From NCBI GenBank assembly GCA_026914245.1, contig CP110439.1:3968001-4032000 (forward strand): a DNA stretch of 64,000 bases, written 5' to 3'. Below are positions 13,158-24,727 of the stretch, one piece after another; within the stretch, counting starts at the first letter, position 1, and each line of letters begins with the position of its first letter. Under the pieces are notes generated by a model. That model ran no database searches and was not told the DNA's origin. It saw only the letters and a program-made list of their open reading frames with translations. A program made the position numbers and the translations under genes. Source of the DNA: Puccinia triticina (lineage: Eukaryota).

Positions 13158-14059
13158 TGTGAGACTCAAAAGTTGTTGTGAAATCCTTTTGCTGAATGGA
13201 GAAGGGGATGATGGAGGTGCAAACTCTGCCCTTCTATACTATCAGATAACAAGACCCACCAAGCTAAGCTTGGCAAGTTTTAATCAAGTGATAGGTCTGG
13301 TTCCAGATGCAGGTGTTCAATGACAGGTATGTGAAAGATGTGAGGGTTTATGATGATTGAAAAGGGTAAAAGTTGACTTGATTTTTCTGGTGGGGTTTGA
13401 ACACAGGTCCTCAAGAGGGTGATATAAAACGTTGAGAAGAGTGCCTAGTCTGAGAAGGGTATATGTCTCAGTTGGGAGTTGAAGCAGGAACCAGTTAACT
13501 TGTGACAGGCAGGTGATATGTCACCCAAGAGATATGAGACTATGAGAATATGAGAGTGAGCTCAGTGGTTATTGCAGATATGAGGGATGATGTGGTATGT
13601 TATAAGGGTTGACATAAAGTGTAAGGATGATGATGGCTATGGGTGGTATCTGTATAACTGGTGGGTACTGAACTGAGGGAAAAACAACTGGGGGAGAGAG
13701 CTCCTTATATAGACAAATGTGAGGGATTTTAGCTACAAGGGGGACCCTGGATGAGGGATTTTAGCTGATGGACTGTGTACAAGTGGTTTCATGACTCAGA
13801 AGATAGTAAATACAGGCAAAAAGTGGGGTGAGAAATGAAAGATGATGTCATGCTAATGCAAGGAGTGCAGGAATGGGTTCAGAAGACTACATGCAGCTGC
13901 AAGGGGTGAATAACTGAAGCGGGGACATGTCAAATACAGAAGAAATGGGGTTGGTCCTTAGCATATGCAGTGGAGATAAGAGGGATAGAAAAGAGTATGT
14001 GTTTGTCTGGGGCTGAGTATGTGTATACCCAGGAAGGGTGACAGGTTGATGACTGGGGC
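13158..14059 (-). mobile_element. LTR copy (partial or variant), homologous to 16757-17668
   Basis: About 900 bp of highly similar direct repeat with the copy at 16757; starts TG; ccttatatagac TATA-like box on the minus strand. Confidence 0.8.
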
Positions 14060-15313
14060 ATGTAAAACATATTTCTGCAACAGATAAATGCCATGCAAAT
14101 ATTTCAGGAACAAGTAACCCCATGTAAAATTTACAACAAGTAACCCATGTATTAAGCTTGTGCAACATGTAACATGTTCCCATGGACCCACATCACACAA
14201 TCCTAATGTAACATGTGTCAGCCTGTATGTAACTAACCGTGTCTGAGAGGGTTGTTACTATCAAGATGATGGTGTAAGATGCCAAGGATGGGCCAATGGG
14301 TTTGTGGTAAGACCTGTAAAAGGTTTCACTCTATCAGTAATCTTGACTGAGAGGCTTGCTCAATTAAGGCGCATCCAGATCAACACAGGGTGTTAATAGG
14401 CATCCAAGGAATAACTCAACTTGGGTTCGTGGTTTTACCTACAGAAAGATAAGGGTAATCAAGAGTTGATGTTATTCCTGAATTGAAAGATGGGTGAGAA
14501 TGAAGGCACTGTTTAACTATGTATGTGTTAAACCTTGCTATAATAATATTCTGAGGGATAAACAGTCCTGAGGGGCGTGTTTATATAGAGGGGAAAGAGC
14601 AGGAGGGAATATGAGGCGCTTGGAGGCGCTTCAGGACCAGGGGGGAACTGGAAGCGCTCAAGAGAAGCAGATCCTCATGAGGATCAACATTGGAAATGAT
14701 CAGGGCAGTGTAATGATCAGTACTGATCCTGGATCAGTAGCTGTGCACACTAGCTGATCATAACCAATCATTGATTCCATTCAGTGCTCTTTGAATTGGA
14801 TTACATCATGTATTGTTTATGTAATTATATCATAACCAATATATTATGTAAATGGGGACTGAGGCGTAACAGGGGATAAATGAGTGATACCTGTCTTGGG
14901 GTATTTCACGTGTACAGTAATATTACAATGTATTGTAATCTTACTGTTGCACGTAACTTAACTCTCATAACAACAGTACATTATGGTAACTGTATTTAAC
15001 TATGGTTATCTGTAATGTAATGTATAACAGGAGTACATTCTTAAGCTTGTATCAAATGATATACATATGTAATAAAGGTGTAAAAAGGAATGTACTATAT
15101 GTAATGTGAACAATTGCAGGTACTTGGTACGTGTAAGGTACTGTGACATGTACTCTGTGGCTGACAACATGTTTCTGCAACACACAACCCCTAGGTAAGA
15201 TGTTCCCGCAACATGTAAGCCCCAAGTACCCCACATGAATGTCCCGCACCATGTAAGCCCCATGCAAAAAGTTTACAAGCAGTGTCATCCATGCCTAACA
15301 TGTAACATTTACG

Positions 15314-15873
15314 TCAGGGTGTAAATGGGTCAGGCTGACCTGAAACCAACCCAAGACCCGTTGGGTTTTGGGTTGGGTTCCGGCATGTTCTTAAAGAAAA
15401 TGGCATGACCCAAACCTGACCCAACCCATCTTGTAAAATCGTTGGGTCGGGTCCGGGCAGCCTGTTTCCTAATCGGGTCGGCCTGCAACCCAACTATAGC
15501 TATGGTATTCAAAATTGCATAAGATTTTTTTACATAAAATCATAAACTGCAATTTTGGCTGGGAGATGTCACTTGAAGTTTTATGCACGCTGACATCTCC
15601 CAGCCAAAATTGGTTTTATGATTTTATGTAAATAGTGACATATGCAATTTTGAATACCATAAGCGCCTCCAACAGTCAAGTAGGGGGGTTTTGGTGCCAA
15701 ATAGGTTGGGTCAACCCAAGACCCAAAGCGACCCAACCCAAAAAAGTATGATATTGGGTTGGGTTTGGGCAGCATATTTGAAAATCTGCCCCAACCTGAC
15801 CCGACCCGCGCCAAACGTTGGGTTGGTTTTGGGCGCTGTTTTTCAACCTGAACCCAACCCGTTTACACCCTGA
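15314..15873. mobile_element. hAT-type MITE
   Basis: 17-bp TIR tcagggtgtaaatgggt / acccgtttacaccctga; 8-bp TSD CATTTACG at 15306-15313 and 15874-15881; many acccaa/ttgggt subterminal motifs; central inverted repeat about 15500-15660. Confidence 0.92.
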
Positions 15874-15933
15874 CATTTACGCACCACCCATGACATGCAC
15901 AAACACCATGTAACCCTTAAACAACATGTACAC

Positions 15934-16398
15934 CAACACTGGGTCGCTACGCTATTTCAGCGCTACGCGTTAGCGTAGCGGCAAAAAGCGCCCATCTATT
16001 TTGCATAGTGTTAGCGCGCTGTTAGCGCCGCTACGCTGCGCTAATTACAGCGGCGCCAACAGCGCGCCAATCCTTTGTTAGCGTTAGCGCGCCGCTACAG
16101 TCGCTACGCTACGCTGCGCTGCGCTACAGCGCTTTTAGCGGAAAAAAGCCCTTTTTTCCCGCTAAAGGCGCTGTAGCGCAGCGTAGCGCGCGCTCTTTTG
16201 CGCCCTGAATGTGTAGCGTTAGCGCAATTGCGCGCATCTGCGCTAACGCTACGCTATCAGCTAAAATAGCTGCGCACCGCGTGCGCATAGCGTTAGCGCA
16301 TATGCGTGCAATTGCGCTAACGCTACGCTAAAAAATAGTGCATTTGCGCTGCGCTACGCTACGCTAACCGCTATGGTTAGCGTAGCAACCCAGTGTTG
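15934..16398. mobile_element. MITE with CAAC...GTTG ends and 7-bp TSD, built from GCTACGC/GCGTAGC motifs
   Basis: TIR caacactgggtcgctacgcta / tagcgtagcaacccagtgttg; TGTACAC duplicated on both sides. Confidence 0.92.
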
Positions 16399-16756
16399 TG
16401 TACACACACCAGGTAACACATGTACACATGCACCATTCAACACGTAACATGTCACCCCAGAAGTAACACCCCCCATGTACCACTTTGTTAGGGTTAGGTT
16501 CAACTGGGGGTGCATACGCCACTGTTAGAGCCAAAGGCTGGACAGAAAGCGCTGTAAAAACTGCAAACTTCAACACAAACCTGTAAGAATTGGATCATTG
16601 GAAAGGAGAGATTCAGGCAGTTCTTTTGAGACACTAAAAATGATACAGGACCGGGTTGCCATGAGGTTTGAATTCAGTAATGCATGATGACCAACGTTGT
16701 GGTAGAAGAAAGGTGTCCTCCAGTATGAAATGACCGGAGCAGACCCTCTTCTATGA

Positions 16757-17868
16757 TGTAAGACTCAAAAGTGGTTGTGAAACCCTTTTGCTGAATGGAG
16801 AACGGGATGATGGAGGTGCAAACTCTGCCCTTCTATACTATCAGATAACAAGACCCACCAAGCTAAGCTTGGCAAGTTTTAATCAAGTGATAGGTCTGGT
16901 CTAGTTCCAGATGAGGTTGTTCAATGACAGGTATGTGAGAGATGAGGGAGTTTATGAGGAGTGGGAAAGGTGAAAGTTGACTTGATGTTTCCGGTGGGGG
17001 TTGAACACAGGTCCTCAAGAGGGTGATAAAAAAGTTGAGAGGAGTGCCTAGGCTGAGAAGTGTATATGTCTCAGTCGGGAGTTGAACCAAGAACGGGGTA
17101 ACTTGTGACAGGCACGTGATATGTCAACCAAGAAAGATGAGAGTTGAGAATATGAGAGTGAGTTCAGTGGTTATTGCAGAATGAGAGGGATGATATGGTA
17201 TGTTATATGATATAAAGTATAATGATAAAGATAATGGCTGATGGGTGATGTCTGTATAACTGGTGGGTACTGAACTGAGGGAAAAATACTTGGGGGGGAG
17301 AGCTCCTTATATAGACAAATGTCAGGGATTTTTGCTACAAGGGGGACCCTGGATGAGGGATTTTAGCTGGTGGGCTGTGTACAAGTGGTGTCAGAAGATA
17401 CTAAATACAGGCGAAAAGTGGCGTGAGAAATGAAAGATGATGTCATACTAATGCAAGGAGTGCAGAAATGGGGTCAGAAGACTGCATGCAGCTGCAAGGG
17501 GTGCATAAATGAAGCGGGGACATGTCAAGTACAGAAGAAATGGGGTTGGTCCCCTGCATATGCAGTGGAGATAAGAAGGATAGAAAATAGTATGTGTTTT
17601 GCTGGGGCTGAGTATGTGTATAACTGGGAAAGGTGACTCAAGGGGTGTGACAGGTTGATGACTGGGGCTGGCCGTGTCCATGAGGGTCAAAGAGGGTGTA
17701 ACTTCCAATCCAGCGGGGTTCCAGTGACATTTCCAGTGGTGACTAGGGGTGAAATTGGCCATAAAATCCATTTCTGCGGTCTGTTTGGTGGTATCTTCAG
17801 GCCTAGGGTGAGTAAATATATGTATGAGAAAAAACTTTTGATTTTTCACTTTTCCGTCTACCACAACA
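16757..17868 (-). mobile_element. Solo LTR
   Basis: tgtaagactc...cacaaca, about 1.1 kb, homologous to 13158 copy and more distantly to 9017 copy; no clear TSD, PBS or PPT. Confidence 0.75.
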
Positions 17869-20149
17869 CAAGATAATCCCAAGTAGTCAAGGTAACTCTA
17901 AACTCAGCCCAGCATAAGCACGCAATGAACTCCGCTGAAGGAAAAGAAGTCTATAGCAAAACAATAACAATAGTAATACATTGCAAAAGTAAGATAAGCC
18001 ACCGTAAAACACCGCAAAAGCACCACAAACACGCAAGTGATAGCCATAAAAGAAGGATACATACCCACAAGAAACCACAATCAAGAACCTCTGCAAACAC
18101 ATCCCACAGAAAAAAAGAGTAAGAATCATTAAAGTAAAAAAAAATTCCGCAGAAGATAGCATAATCCAATCAGAATCTCCAGGAAGGAACACCCCCCTCT
18201 ATATAGACATATCTCCACCGCTCCGCTGTAGATACTGAACCAAGAGAAAGCTCCGCGGCATATCAGAACCCAATAGAAAAATAAATAAATAAAATAGAAA
18301 TCCTCCTCCCATCCCATCACGCACAAGCTGCCTGCCTCTGCTCCCACATCGTCATCTGCGCCTCCACCGCTCGCCGTAGACATTCACCAAACTCCTGATC
18401 ATCCATCATCCACACCCCTGTCTAGCCTCTGGTGTTGGGATCCCACTTGCCGCCTCCGCCCCAGCTGCTTCCACTGACATAGCCTGCGTCAGCTGCCACG
18501 GCTTCCCCCAATCACTGCGCCGCGCTGGACTGCCTGGACTCAGCAAGTCTGCTCCTCTCCGCACACCGCAGCTCCGCCGCCTTCAACCGCACGCTTCGCA
18601 CCTAGCATATGCACTCCGCTGCTCCGCCTCCGCCGTTTGAAGGTCCTGTGCCGCACCAGCTACCTGCAGAGCCCTTGTGCCCCGCAGCACCTTGCACCCG
18701 GAAACTCCGTTGGACACTTTGGCGCCTCGCGCCAGACTCAACCACCACAACATGCAGCCCTCATATTTCATGTTCTGATGGCACACTATTGCCATAATTT
18801 TCATGGCACAGAGTATAAGCAACATAAGAATATCTCTGACATTTTTAGACTGTTTGGGTGTGTAAAAAAAGCTATACAGTTAGTGGTAATTTCCCACTAA
18901 GCCAATCATGCCCCCCTTATATCTCATGTTAGTATGACAGCATATTGCTAATAATCTGATAGCACAGATAATATACATCATTAAATATTCTTGAAAGTTT
19001 TATAATGTTTGGGCCTGTAACAAAAAATCTGTATGGTTAGCAGTCAATTCCTCTGGCTGTGCATCCCTCAGATCTCATGCTCTGAGTCTGATGGCACACT
19101 ATTTCTAGAAACTTTCAGGTATTTCCTTTTATGCATGATGCTCTGTGATCTCAAATTTTGATGTATGTAGTTCATGGGAAAAAAGGTATGAATATGGTGG
19201 TCAGGCAGATAACAAAACAAACATAATAAACTAGTAGCCACAACTCTCAAATGAAAAGTCATTTTAGGAGAACGACTCCCAAAAAAGGGGCTAGGCCACT
19301 GTCTGGAGCTGGTCAAGAATTGATTGTGGCAATGTAAATCCAAATTTGGGAGTTGTTTTCCCAATATTTGGGAGTTGTTTTTCCAAGCCCCTATTTCCTA
19401 CTACTAACAATGCTGGGTCAACTATGCTAGTACATAGTGCCTCTGGCACACTAAACAGTGCCTCTTGCACAGTTAGTAGTGCCTCTGGTACAGTTTAGAA
19501 AGTAAATTATGTTTGTAGTGAATGATCCTGATATTTAGTATTACCTCCTCTCCCCAATTTCCAATGAGCCCAGCAGTCCTGCAGTCCTAATAGAAGTTTG
19601 CAGTGGCTGGCACTGGGCATGAGCAGCCCACATCCCCATCTTACCCATCCTGGCCATCGTAGCTTGACCAGCTTTCCATCGGCAGCAACCTAAAACACTC
19701 TGGACCCTCGCATCCATGGACTCAACATGCTTGCATGGCAGCTCGAACAGCTTTCCATCAGCAGGAACCTACAGCACTCGAGACATCATCATCAAGAGCC
19801 TCGGATCCATACTCCTACAAAGCGCCGGCACAGTGCACAAGCCAGTGGCCATTTTTGAATCTGTTGGGGCCTCCATCGATGGGGACGCAGCATGCAGAAC
19901 AAGAAAAACACGAGACAACAAAGCAGAGCGGGCGAGGCGATGTGCGTCTATAGAAGTCTATGTACTCGGGAGGGGGGTCTATGCAGATTCTCGGCGGGGA
20001 CGGGGCTCCAGAGCATGTCGGGCTGGCGTGTCCGTCGAGGGCCAGAGAAGAAGGACGTGCGGAGGACGATCAACGAACGGCGGCTCGGGGCAGGGAAGTG
20101 AAGAGCGGAAGGAAGAGGAAGACATGTGTGAGGGCCAAGGGCACCAGGC

Positions 20150-23100
20150 TCAACGGAACTGGAAGTAGTTGGGAGAAGTACGGAGCCGCTTCGGGAGGCC
20201 GAAGCCGGACACGAACGCGTCGATGAGCTGGGCCTTGGCGGCGTTGAAGGCGCGGACACGGGCGCGCTGGGCGGCGTCGAAAGCCGAGTGCTCGGCCGGC
20301 GGGGCGAGGAAGGGGCCATCGTCGATCGCGAAGTTCATGGTCTTCATCTGCGCCTCCCCCTTCTTCTCCGCGCCTGCACACGCGCCTCCATCTGGGGCAG
20401 CGGCTTTCCCCGACCCGTCTGTGGCGTCGGACGCGGGTGGCACGTGGCCGGCGACGAGCTTCTCGCTCTCCTCAAACCAGCTGGTGGCTGGCTGCCCGCC
20501 GTCCTGCACGTTCTCCCCGGGCTCCAGACTTGCACCCACCAGAGACGTGTTCTTCCCGGCGGGAGACGCCTGTTCCGCCGGCGTGTTCGCCGCCGATGGT
20601 GGCGGCTCCACGCCCGCGGGGCCGCCGTCCACGGCCTGCTCGCTGGAGGACGGCGCCGGCGGAGTCTGGGGCCCAGACACGTTCGGCAGGCCGGCCTCAG
20701 CGGCTGCCGGCGAGGCTTCAAGACCTTGATCATCCAGGCCTTCCTTCCTCTCCGAGCGCTCTTGAGCCTGGTCCCCATCACGGCATCTTTGCTCGTCTGC
20801 AGACGCTGCCTGGTCTCCCCTGGTGCCCAAGCTTTCGGAGCGCTCCTGGGCCGCCGGCAAGTCTTCAAGACCTTGATCATCCGGGCCTTCATTCCTCTCC
20901 AAGGGCTCTTCGGCCTGGTCCACATCCCGGCTTATAATTTGCTCCCCTGTAAGATCCGGCTGGTCTGCCCTGTTGCCCGGGCTTTCGGGGCGCTCTTGAG
21001 TCTGGACCGCATCTGGGCTGATTTGATCGACAGCAGGAGCGGCCAGGTCAGCCCCATTACAGCCGGCGCAGTCAGTCATCGTGGTCTCCTTCACGTCCTC
21101 ATCATCGCAGAGACGCTTGATGGACGCGCCCAGCTCTTGGAACGCCTGTGGGTCGGCCCGTCTGGCTCTGATCCAGCGCTCATAGTACTCATCCAGGCTC
21201 AGATCGTTCAGCTTCAAATGGACCAACATCTTCCCTAAATTCGTCGCAAATGTGACTGAACTGACTTCCAGTAATTTTGCACATTGGTTGATCGCATGTC
21301 CTTCATGATACCTGTGATCGAGTAGGAAGATATTAGCATTCGCATGAGAGAAGGGTGTCTTTGCCAATGATTCCCGATGGGCACAGATGACTGACCAGAG
21401 TTGCCAGGACTTCAGGACAGCCGGAGAGACTCTAGTCTTTAAGCCGACCAAAGCGGGAGCTAGAAAGGTTGGAGCTTGGACGACCCACTTCTTCTTGACT
21501 TCAACACTCTGGGGGCCTTGGGCGGGAACGAGAGTGCGCCATTGCTTACGTTTGATGGGTGCCGGGCCGGGCCATTTGGCTTTGGGGAGTGCTGCGGCGG
21601 CCGCCTTGGGTTTCGGGGCGTCTTTGGGGTGGGTCAGGACAAGCACTCGGGGCTTAGGCGGCGGCTGGGCAACGGATGAGTATGGTCCCACTGGCGTCGG
21701 CGGCTTGGGCGCCTGCGGTGGGGGCGCCGAACGGTCGTATGTGGGCTCCAGAGATTCGATGTATTGGAGGATCATCAGCCCGGAATCGGTCCTCCTGATC
21801 CGCCCTTCGAATAGTTTGAACAAATGCATGGCCACTCGGATCGTAGCCATCACATCCGAAGCTGCATCTGTTTGTTTTTTTAGGAGGGGGGAGTGGATGG
21901 GGGGTCAGTGAGTCGGCACGTTGTCAGAGATGAGTGAAAGCACATACAATGGATTTGGGTGTCGCTCAAAGGTTTGGTCCAGTCGCTGGTGCGAGTGTCG
22001 GGTTTGGGGAGGTAGAGCTTCAAGTGATCGGCGACGATCTGCTGGAGGGAGATGAGACGGGAGTAGCCGGAGGCGCAATCGGGCTGGCCGAGGGCCCTGA
22101 CGAGCCGACTGAGTTCGAGGAAGCTGTTGAGGAACGGCTTGGGCCCGAGTTTGTGGTCGCGGATGAGCTTGAGGCCGTCGTTTCGGATGCCCACGCCGAT
22201 CTTGACGATCTGCGGGTTGACGAGGAAGTCGAGGAGGGAGGGAGGGATGATGCCCTGGGTGCGCCAGCCGGGCTCGCGCGAGATCTGGACGATGAGCACC
22301 TGGGAGCGACTGGCGAGCTGGAGAACGGCGGTGCGGTTCTCGTGCCCTCTGGTCCGACTGATCGTCCATTCCATGTCGAAGGCCACCGCCACATACGGCC
22401 CGCCCTCGAGCTCGGCTCGGCCACAGGGGAGCGAGATGCCGTCGGTGCAGAGCGTCTTGATCAGCTGGGGCAGCTCGGAGATCGGGTGCTGGTCGGAGGG
22501 ACACTGGATGATCTTCTGGGGACCACAGGCGGGGTCGTCAAGCTCGAAAGCAGGCAGCGTGGCCTTGAGTGTTTCCTCGCGCCGGACGGCTTCTGCTATC
22601 TTGGCGGCTTTCTCCTGGGCAAGAGCGGCGGAAGGGTCCGGCTGGTGTGCGGCGCGGCCGACGGCAGAGCTGAAGCTGCAGATGAAGCGTGTGGCAGGAT
22701 GCGACGGCGGCGGCCGGGCGGGCGAGTTCAAGGCGGGGAACTGGGTCGCAGATGGCTTGCGGGTGGGGTTTTTCCACGGGCCGTCCGGGAGCTGGCAGGC
22801 TAAGGAGTCCGACACGGAGACCGGTCGTGGATTCGCCGAGAGGGCCGGGAAGTCTGATGGCGTGAACTTCGGGCTGGCTGGGGAAGGCCGGATGGGACTG
22901 CTGGGGGTCAGGTGGGGGGACGGAGGTGGGCTGGGTTGATCGTCTGATCGGTCTTCGAAGTCGCTGTCCGGGCTTGCTTCAGTGTCTGCCACTGGGGGCG
23001 TAAGTTCCTTGGGCAGTCGGGTCTTGCCGCTTGGGGGTTCTTGTTTTGCGGCATAGGGCTTGTTGCTTCCTAGCCAGTGCTCATCGTCAGACGTTAGGAT

Positions 23101-23689
23101 GCCTTCGTCGTCCGACTTGAAGTACTCGTAGAGAGTCTTTCTCCAAGCGTAGGAGGTCTTTTTGGGCTTGCCGCCGTCTGCGAGAAGACAGACCGATCGA
23201 TGGGAGTGTTAGGTTCACCGCATGGGTTTTTTTTTTTTTTTTTTTTATAAAAGAAACTCGCGCACCCGATGTTGAGGAGCCTGGTAGTTCGTGGCGGAGA
23301 GGGTGCTCAGTGGCGGATGGCTGGCGTGTGGGGACATCGACCGCCGTTGTGCCCGCGCAGGAGTATCGGGAAGACTTCGGGCTGGAGGGATCAGAGGGAT
23401 CGGAGGAGTCGAGGGAAGCCGAGCGACGGCGGACGGAAAGCATGGGGCGGGGGGGTTTTCTGGTGGGGGAGCTGGCGCGCTCGCTGGCGGGTCTGCTGGG
23501 GATTTCCATGGGCACGGCGAGTGGAGGATAGGAGCGGCGTGGAACTCTGAGGGTGGGCAGGGCAGCAAGCTTTGGAGGCAGTCGCTTGTTATAGCCGGCG
23601 GGAGCGAGCGCGTTTCGCCGGAGCACTAGCAGGCATGGGAGTCTGGCGGGGGGGGAGCAGCCGCCCAGGCGTGTCGAGAGGAGTGCCAT
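20150..23689 (-). CDS. WRN/EXD2-type DnaQ-family 3'-5' exonuclease with long low-complexity extensions and a putative HTH
   Basis: Exons 23689-23266, 23177-21948, 21867-20150 (with a probable extra in-frame intron 21395-21312) join in frame. ExoI VAFDMEW, LQLAS, KIGVGIRND, SDW and QIH|YAASD (ExoIII formed across the splice). Confidence 0.88.
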
Positions 23690-24637
23690 GGCTCAGACGA
23701 GGCTCGACCCGACTCGTCTCGGGCGCTGCCTCCGAGCGACTCCTCGAAACGCCGGAGTAGCCAGGCCGAGGGCGATGCATAGCTGTGCGGGTGGTGGCCG
23801 TGCAGGCTGGGGTGGGGTCATACTGGCCCATCGGACTCATGAAGTCTTCAAGCAGAATAGCCTTTCCAATCCTCATGAATGCATTCTTCCTGCTAAACAA
23901 CTTCTAAAGGCTGCCAGTCATCCAGCCCTTCCTTGTTCTGACTGTCCCCCATGGAGCCTCTGAGCCCGCCACTAAAACACGCCACCAAGCTTGAATTGTA
24001 ACACATCCAAATATGATTTTCACGAGGAAATTTCTAGTACTCTCGGAAGGAGTTAAGCTGCTCTGGACCAGCACGGCCACGAGTGGACAGTCACAACTGA
24101 CCTAATTGCCTGATTATGTATGCTCATGTTTCAGGGTGCCCACTGCTCAAGCAAAAAACCTGGTACAGCCTGTCAGTCAAGCTATCCAGATTAGGTACAT
24201 CCACATTCACAGCACATCACCTGCTGTCATGTGGGCAAAGCTCAGAGAATGTATTTGGTTAAATATGTAATGTTTCTTTGCCCAATGGCAAAGGTCTGTA
24301 CGAGCTGGTTGCTTTGTGGGGAATCATCCAAGGTAAAAATCAGACCATCCTCAAACACTTGAGATCTTTTAGTCATGGGCTTCAGCTTTAGTCATCAGCC
24401 CACTTGACGTGTCACTGCTATCCATCTCAAACAGATCTATTGACGTTTGACGATAACGCCGACCGATGATTAATTCTACTCTACTTAATTAAAAAAAGGG
24501 TCCGGTTCCTCAGAAACAAACAAACAAAACCTCCAAAGGAACACTCAGGCAGACGAGATAGGGAGATAAAATACACACTTCAAACGACAAAATAGGAGGT
24601 GAACCAGTTAAACAGGGTGTGAATAGTTGCATTAATC

Positions 24638-24662
24638 ATATATATATATATATATATATATG
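24638..24662. repeat. (TA)n microsatellite
   Basis: Direct reading. Confidence 0.9.
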
Positions 24663-24727
24663 TAATATGTGTGTGGATGTGGATGTGACGGACCAAGGGT
24701 GACAAGAAAGAGGGAGGGGGGAAGGGG

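Larger units (their letters stand above)
14253..16468. mobile_element. Probable LTR of a second family containing two nested MITEs
   Basis: tgttact...agtaaca 7-bp inverted ends, TATA-like gtttatatag at about 14579, CpG-depleted; no TSD found. Confidence 0.5.

Noticed and set aside
13158..17868. Intact LTR retrotransposon bounded by the two similar LTRs
   Set aside because: No gag/pol, PBS, clear PPT or matching TSD; the interior is another LTR-like unit plus MITEs.
17887..18383. Hydrophobic minus-strand ORFs resembling membrane proteins
   Set aside because: Artefact of an A-rich plus strand; no splice or motif support.
20169..22939. Long plus-strand ORFs opposite the exonuclease (also those opposite NIPA, PAQR and the 40447 gene)
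   Set aside because: Shadow ORFs expected from GC-rich codon usage of the real genes.
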